A stretch of DNA of 64,000 nucleotides from a virus (lineage: Duplodnaviria > Caudoviricetes): IMG/VR virus record IMGVR_UViG_3300031851_000001; one strand, 5' to 3'. Below the pieces are notes generated by a model that did not search any database, was not told where the DNA came from, and saw only the letters and a program-made list of their open reading frames with translations. Below, piece after piece: positions 63,971 to 64,000 of this stretch. The first letter of the stretch is position 1. Each line of letters opens with the position of its first letter. Both the position numbers and the translations under genes were made by a program.

Positions 63971-64000
63971 GTTTATAAAAAATCAATACTTTAGAGGGGC

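Noticed and set aside
1-64000. Prophage/integrase or host chromosomal DNA
   Set aside because: No integrase, repressor or att site. The tmRNA, porin, galE and iscA are embedded among phage genes with phage promoters and uniform AT content.

Overview
A 64-kb segment of a large, AT-rich T4-like (Tevenvirinae/cyanomyovirus-type) lytic phage genome. The core content is baseplate and head genes (gp48, 4, 2, 54, 26, 51, tape measure), the replisome and recombination set (gp45/44/62, regA, gp43, gp46/47, gp55, uvsW, uvsY, topoisomerase gp39+60/gp52) and gp3. Several signals point to a marine alphaproteobacterial host: a circularly permuted two-piece tmRNA with a GGCAGUA T-loop, a ROSE-like thermometer on hsp20, a porin-like gene, and GANTC sites in promoters. 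Accessory systems of most interest: (1) six near-identical early promoters carrying a GANTC (CcrM/GcrA-type, TGATTCT) site at a fixed position in the spacer, suggesting methylation-dependent use of a host cell-cycle activator; (2) a dCMP-hydroxymethylase DNA-hypermodification cluster with a BGT-like glycosyltransferase, its own NDP-sugar enzymes, a C5-MTase homolog with an aberrant SAM motif and an N6-MTase; (3) a late operon of six secreted or membrane proteins that looks like an usher-less pilin/chaperone module; (4) a roughly 12-kb late modification island (kinase, 2 radical SAM, glycosyltransferases, 8 2OG-Fe(II) oxygenases, desaturase); (5) unannotated structured RNAs next to tRNA-Pro and several cis-regulatory hairpins. 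Four tRNAs were found. No CRISPR array, integrase, intron or intein was seen. All family calls are by motif recognition without database searches.
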